A stretch of 64,000 nucleotides of DNA from a bacterium (GTDB lineage: Bacteria; Zhuqueibacterota; Zhuqueibacteria; Residuimicrobiales; Krinioviventaceae): the NCBI GenBank assembly GCA_963674595.2, contig CAXXFV010000015.1, forward strand, positions 1 to 64,000, written 5' to 3'. Shown here piece after piece: positions 59,942 to 64,000 of the stretch. Position 1 is the stretch's first letter, and each line of letters opens with the position of its first letter. The notes under the pieces are model-generated. The model did no database searches. It was not told the origin of the DNA and worked only from the letters and a program-made list of their open reading frames with translations. A program made the position numbers and the translations under genes.

Positions 59942-60745
59942 TTAATTCGCCATTTTTTGCAGCCGGTCCAAACGAAGTCGTTGACGTTCATCAAAAAGAC
60001 GTTTGGAACCGATCCATACGGCTGTTATTGTGCCGAAACCGGTCCCTGCCGCAATCATAAACATGATTAGTATTTGATATTTTACAGCTTCCATTGGAGG
60101 ATTTCCGGCAAGAATTTGTCCGGTCATCATACCCGGTAAACTGACAAGACCGGCAATTGCCATCGTGTTGATTATTGGTATCAAACCGCTCCGAATGCTG
60201 TCGTTACGTATATCATAGATGGCTTCGTTCCAGTCACTTCCCAGCAAAAGTTTGCCTTCAATGATGGATTTTTGTTGCCAGGCGCCTGAGGTTAATCTGT
60301 CTAAACCCAGGGCAATGCCGTTCATTGTATTTCCCAACATCATTCCCAAAAGAGGAATGGCATATTGGGGCAAATACCAGGGTGAATTGTTTATGATGAC
60401 AAAAAGTGCAAAAATTGTGATGGAAAATGAAGATAAAAACATGGATGCTGTTCCCAGTCCAAATCCCCACAATCCACGAAACCGGAGTTTCTGGCGCCGG
60501 GTTGTTTCACGACCGGCTGCCAGCAACATAATAAGTGCCATTACTACAAGCCACACAGGCTGTATGTTTTCAAATATAACTTTAAGAATAATTCCGATTA
60601 ATGTCAGTTGCAGTGCTGTTCGTGCGGCGGCAATTAAAAGCTGTTTACCGATTTTTAAGTGTAAAAGGAAAGATAAAATCCCTAATAAAATGACCAGGAC
60701 AGAGGCAATAGCCAGGTCCCATATTGATAATGTAATGATTGTCAT
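59942..60745 (-). CDS. fetB: FetB/YbbM ABC transporter permease
   Basis: RTALQL, PQYAIPLLGMMLGN, GLVSLPGMMTGQILAG, AVKYQI. Confidence 0.92.
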   Translation of the reverse strand: MTIITLSIWDLAIASVLVILLGILSFLLHLKIGKQLLIAAARTALQLTLIGIILKVIFENIQPVWLVVMALIMLLAAGRETTRRQKLRFRGLWGFGLGTASMFLSSFSITIFALFVIINNSPWYLPQYAIPLLGMMLGNTMNGIALGLDRLTSGAWQQKSIIEGKLLLGSDWNEAIYDIRNDSIRSGLIPIINTMAIAGLVSLPGMMTGQILAGNPPMEAVKYQILIMFMIAAGTGFGTITAVWIGSKRLFDERQRLRLDRLQKMAN

Positions 60746-61338
60746 GAGACGTGCTCAAGTGTATTGTTTTGTAGCCTGAATAATTTAGTTGCTATTCGAT
60801 CCAGTTGATTGTGGTCATGACTTGTCCAGACAAGAATTGTTTTGTTTTTGTTTTGATAATCTAGAATAAATTTTTCAAAATTTATTTTGCTGTTTGGATC
60901 AAGGTTCGCTGTCGGTTCGTCGAGTAAAATGACCTGAGGTTTATTTTTTAATAATCTTAATAAACCAAGGCGTTGTTTTTCTCCGCTTGAAAGGTGGGAT
61001 GTTTGCTTTTCAGGAATTGTATTGTCGAGCCCCAGAGCTTCGAATGTTACTTTGTCATATTTTATGTGGTCTTTAACAAGGTCATGCCACCATGCTGTTT
61101 CCGTTGGTAACAGTGCAACCAAACTTCGCCATTTTACGGGATGTATCTCTTTTTGTTCCGTGCCCGTAAATTTAACAGAGCCTGTATGTGGAATGAGGTC
61201 GGCAATGGCCCGAAGCAGGAGACTTTTCCCGGAACCGGAAGCACCTGTTATGCCAATGCATTGGGACTGTTTGGCGCTAAATGAAAATGGGCCAAAATGA
61301 AGAAAGCTCAGGTTTTCTATAATCAAAGACATTTGCAT
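60742..61338 (-). CDS. FetA/YbbL-like ABC ATP-binding protein
   Basis: GASGSGKS, LSSGEKQRL, LLDEPTANLD, SHD. Confidence 0.9.
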   Translation of the reverse strand: MQMSLIIENLSFLHFGPFSFSAKQSQCIGITGASGSGKSLLLRAIADLIPHTGSVKFTGTEQKEIHPVKWRSLVALLPTETAWWHDLVKDHIKYDKVTFEALGLDNTIPEKQTSHLSSGEKQRLGLLRLLKNKPQVILLDEPTANLDPNSKINFEKFILDYQNKNKTILVWTSHDHNQLDRIATKLFRLQNNTLEHVS

Positions 61339-62465
61339 TAAAAGTCAATCTCAAATACACATTCTGCAACTGTATTATCTGATAATTTATTGTCATTATC
61401 TTTTAAAACATCTATATCAATTATGATTTTGCTGCCGTTAACGAGATGTCGGGCAATACCTAAAATCAGCCTTTTTGTATTATTTGTTTGAAAATTCTGT
61501 TTAAAATAGTCATATCGTGCGATAATGCTGTACTGCCGGTTGAATAGCCTGTAATCACCAAAAAGTGAATAACCGTTGTGAGAAAAGGCATGTTTATAAT
61601 TATCCAGCATTTTTCCTGAAAAGTCACCTTTACCAAAGTAATAAAGGGCTGTTAATACGGCTCTATAATTTTCCCAGGATAAAAAGAAACTATTTATTTT
61701 CCATTCCGGTTCAGATTCTATGTTTCCTTTTCCTATGACACCATTATAACTAATTTGTAGACCGGGAATTATGTATGGTAACGGACGAATTGTTAAACGT
61801 CCTTCAACGGATTTGTTTAAATTTTCTTCCACTGCGTGATAACCGCCGCCATTATATACACCAACAGCCAGGCTGCCATATTTTCCCGCATAGTTTTTAT
61901 TAATCTGTTTTTTGTAAGAGTCATCCATTTCTCCTCCCAGAAGAGTCATGAATGTGACGCCAAAGTCGGCAGAATTAATCAGATCAATTTTTTCCAGGAA
62001 AAGTTTGTCCTGCGCCCGGTATAAATTTATATGCTGTTCAAAGTCAAGCCAGGGACGGTGGGCCAGACCTATTTCGAAAAACGGCTTGGTGAAAAAGGAA
62101 CTGTTTTTTAAATTATATTTTACATAACAATATTTTAGCCGTAATTCAATGTCCCCGTAACCATCTCCTTCATGATCTACAGATATATCCGGGGTGATTC
62201 TTCCTGCAAAGCTTTCTGAAAACTGGTGTTTAAAGTTGATGTAACCACGTTTTATTAAAAAGTAATTAAAAGCTTTTCCTGATTTGTTTCCGTTTTGGTA
62301 GGATAAAAACCATTGACCTGAAATGGACGTTTTTTCGGAAAATTCTTTTAAAGAGTTGTTATTAGTTTGGGGACTGGTATTTATGTTCTGCCCCAAAGCA
62401 AATGTTGATATTAAGAGTAGTGTAAAGTGAAAAACGTATGTTGCTTTGATTAAATGAAATTGCAT
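61338..62465 (-). CDS. Outer-membrane porin-like beta-barrel (OprO/OprP-like)
   Basis: Signal peptide; FLIKRGYIN, RLKYCY, SADFG, NGGGY, ARYDYF; terminal F. Confidence 0.72.
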   Translation of the reverse strand: MQFHLIKATYVFHFTLLLISTFALGQNINTSPQTNNNSLKEFSEKTSISGQWFLSYQNGNKSGKAFNYFLIKRGYINFKHQFSESFAGRITPDISVDHEGDGYGDIELRLKYCYVKYNLKNSSFFTKPFFEIGLAHRPWLDFEQHINLYRAQDKLFLEKIDLINSADFGVTFMTLLGGEMDDSYKKQINKNYAGKYGSLAVGVYNGGGYHAVEENLNKSVEGRLTIRPLPYIIPGLQISYNGVIGKGNIESEPEWKINSFFLSWENYRAVLTALYYFGKGDFSGKMLDNYKHAFSHNGYSLFGDYRLFNRQYSIIARYDYFKQNFQTNNTKRLILGIARHLVNGSKIIIDIDVLKDNDNKLSDNTVAECVFEIDF

Positions 62466-62569
62466 GTAATAGTCCGGCTTTTAATTTGTAAAAAATTAAA
62501 TGTACAAATTATTTCCATAAAATTAAAGGATAATAAGAAATGGGTTTATATTTAGGAGAGTTTTTTTCT

Positions 62570-62598
62570 TTGCATTTAGTTGGAAAAAGAATTATATT
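62570..62598 (+). promoter_or_regulatory. sigma70-type promoter of tRNA-Arg
   Basis: TTGCAT-N17-TATATT. Confidence 0.6.
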
Positions 62599-62613
62599 AT
62601 AATCTTACATATT

Positions 62614-62687
62614 GCGCTCGTAGCTCAATTGGATAGAGCTTCTGACTTCGGATCAGAAGGTTGGGGATTCGAGTTCCTCCGGGCGCG
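62614..62687 (+). tRNA. tRNA-Arg (UCG)
   Basis: GCGCTCGTAGCTCAATTGGATAGAGCTTCTGACTTCGGATCAGAAGGTTGGGGATTCGAGTTCCTCCGGGCGCG folds as a cloverleaf with anticodon TCG. Confidence 0.95.
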
Positions 62688-62691
62688 CAAT

Positions 62692-62729
62692 AAAAAAAGC
62701 CTGCAGAAAATATCTGCAGGCTTTTTTTT
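62692..62729. terminator. Bidirectional intrinsic terminator
   Basis: A7-GCCTGCAGA...TCTGCAGGC-T8. Confidence 0.85.
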
Positions 62730-63438
62730 ATACTCTGTGGTTTGCTATCAGCATTGTTTTGGGATCGAGTTTTAACCTCAATTTTTCAAGGTCGGTATCG
62801 TTGTGGGCTTTAAGCAGGTGAAAATCAACGTGATTAGGTTGTGGGACCAGCATAATAATTACCGAAAATAAATCGGGAAATTTATTAACCGGTGCCGGAA
62901 TACCATTTTCATCTAATTGAAGATTTTCCCGGTGTAATGTTGAAGAAAACCAAATTTCCTGATTTTTTTCATTTGCCAGTTCTTTCCAGTTTTCCACATC
63001 ACTTTTATTTGCATCTTCAAGTGAATATCCATCAACGATTATTGTATCGGCATGAAAAGGAACATTTTTTGAAATTTGGTTAATGTCTTCTTTAATTTGA
63101 GAAAACTCTATTTCTTTTTGTTTGAAATGAAGAATAAGTCTTTGTTGAAGTAATTGCTCATAAATTTCATGAGCGTTTTCCAGCTTGAAAAACGATGCAA
63201 CTTCATTAAAAACCTGTTTATACCAACTTTCAATATGATTTGGATCATCTGCATAGGAAATGTGCAGAACTTTTTCACCGCGCAACATTTTATCTGTTGC
63301 TACATGAACAAGACTGGCAGTTTTGCCTACACCTTTGCGAGCTGTAAAGGCTCCAAGGTTTCCGGCACCCAGCCCTCCGTGAATTGTTTTATCCAGGACG
63401 CGAATAGGGCTTTTTTTTATGAGTTGAGATTTTAGCAT
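62728..63438 (-). CDS. RecA/KaiC-fold P-loop protein of unknown function
   Basis: HGGLGAGNLGAFTARKGVGKTA (Walker A), VLHIS, TIIVDG (Walker B). Confidence 0.75.
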   Translation of the reverse strand: MLKSQLIKKSPIRVLDKTIHGGLGAGNLGAFTARKGVGKTASLVHVATDKMLRGEKVLHISYADDPNHIESWYKQVFNEVASFFKLENAHEIYEQLLQQRLILHFKQKEIEFSQIKEDINQISKNVPFHADTIIVDGYSLEDANKSDVENWKELANEKNQEIWFSSTLHRENLQLDENGIPAPVNKFPDLFSVIIMLVPQPNHVDFHLLKAHNDTDLEKLRLKLDPKTMLIANHRV

Positions 63439-63511
63439 AATGGCGGCCTCTTTTTATACTCTATTATTCAAAAATTCATTTATAACTTGAAAAACACATG
63501 TGTGTTTGATT

Positions 63512-64000
63512 TTATGACTTTTTTTGCTTTTCTGCGAATTCTTTTTTAAGTTTTTCTGAAATTGATTCCGGTACTTTGGCATAACGTGCAAATTCCATAG
63601 TAAATTCAGCTTTGCCCTGAGTGCCGGACCGTAATACTGTTGAATAGCCAAACATTTCACTTAATGGAACTTCTGCGTCAACGACCGTAAAATTTCCATC
63701 TTCTGTTGCGCTGTGAATAATGCCTCGCCTTTGGTTTAATGTAGCTAAAACAGCACCCTGATATTCAGAAGGAGATTCAACAGAAACTTTCATAATAGGC
63801 TCTAAAATGACAGGTTTACATCTGTTATATGTTTCTCTAAAAGCACCCATTGCTGCCTGTTGAAACGCATTGTCGGATGAATCAACGGCATGGTAGTTAC
63901 CATCGTTCAAAGTTACTTTAACACCAACAATCGGAAATCCTGTTAAAGTACCTTTTTCCAGACATAATTCAAATCCTTTTTTACATGAAGGTATATATTC
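63512..64000 (-). CDS. fusA: Elongation factor G, C-terminal part (5'-partial)
   Basis: The frame is open to the window end: [10 protein letters not shown]...[47 protein letters not shown]. Confidence 0.95.
   Translation of the reverse strand, partial: EYIPSCKKGFELCLEKGTLTGFPIVGVKVTLNDGNYHAVDSSDNAFQQAAMGAFRETYNRCKPVILEPIMKVSVESPSEYQGAVLATLNQRRGIIHSATEDGNFTVVDAEVPLSEMFGYSTVLRSGTQGKAEFTMEFARYAKVPESISEKLKKEFAEKQKKS

Noticed and set aside
10603-61300. Numerous 60-190 aa antisense ORFs (e.g. 10603..11049, 23792..24367, 52282..52803, 60219..60779)
   Set aside because: They are shadows on the opposite strand of well-conserved genes, with no independent motifs.
1-64000. CRISPR array, or a Craspase (type III-E) or gasdermin context for the TPR-CHAT gene
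   Set aside because: No repeat-spacer array, cas gene or recognisable substrate gene in the window; the upstream context is outside it.

Overview
A mostly housekeeping, AT-rich 64-kb bacterial chromosomal segment. A T9SS sortase (PorU), a short RpoD without region 1.1, DivIVA and Shine-Dalgarno-led genes together suggest a non-Bacteroidetes FCB-group lineage such as KSB1/Calditrichota (inference). In order, it contains: a 5'-truncated giant PD40/TPR protein with two CHAT (caspase-like) modules, one degenerate and one intact, split by a 1-nt frameshift; an unannotated 42-aa membrane microprotein behind a consensus sigma54 promoter; tRNA-Lys(UUU); a TrxB/FNR-like flavoprotein; frameshifted wbqC and tex; an ECF sigma; acpS-nnr-vanZ; an unannotated 50-aa zinc-ribbon protein; an EndoQ-UvrD fusion; ltaE-trkA-trkH; rpoD; yrbG, pyrE, pyrF and serS; an ~13-kb Wzx/Wzy polysaccharide locus; an OPT transporter; yggS-yggT-divIVA-punA-mtnP-ileS-dksA-lspA; GH172; porU; rseC; fetAB with a porin; tRNA-Arg(UCG) with an atypical T-stem; a RecA-fold ATPase; and the 3' end of fusA. 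No CRISPR array, rRNA, integrase or transposase was seen. Four single-base indels in short homopolymers in the first 12.2 kb look like sequencing errors. All family calls come from motif recognition by eye, with no database searches.
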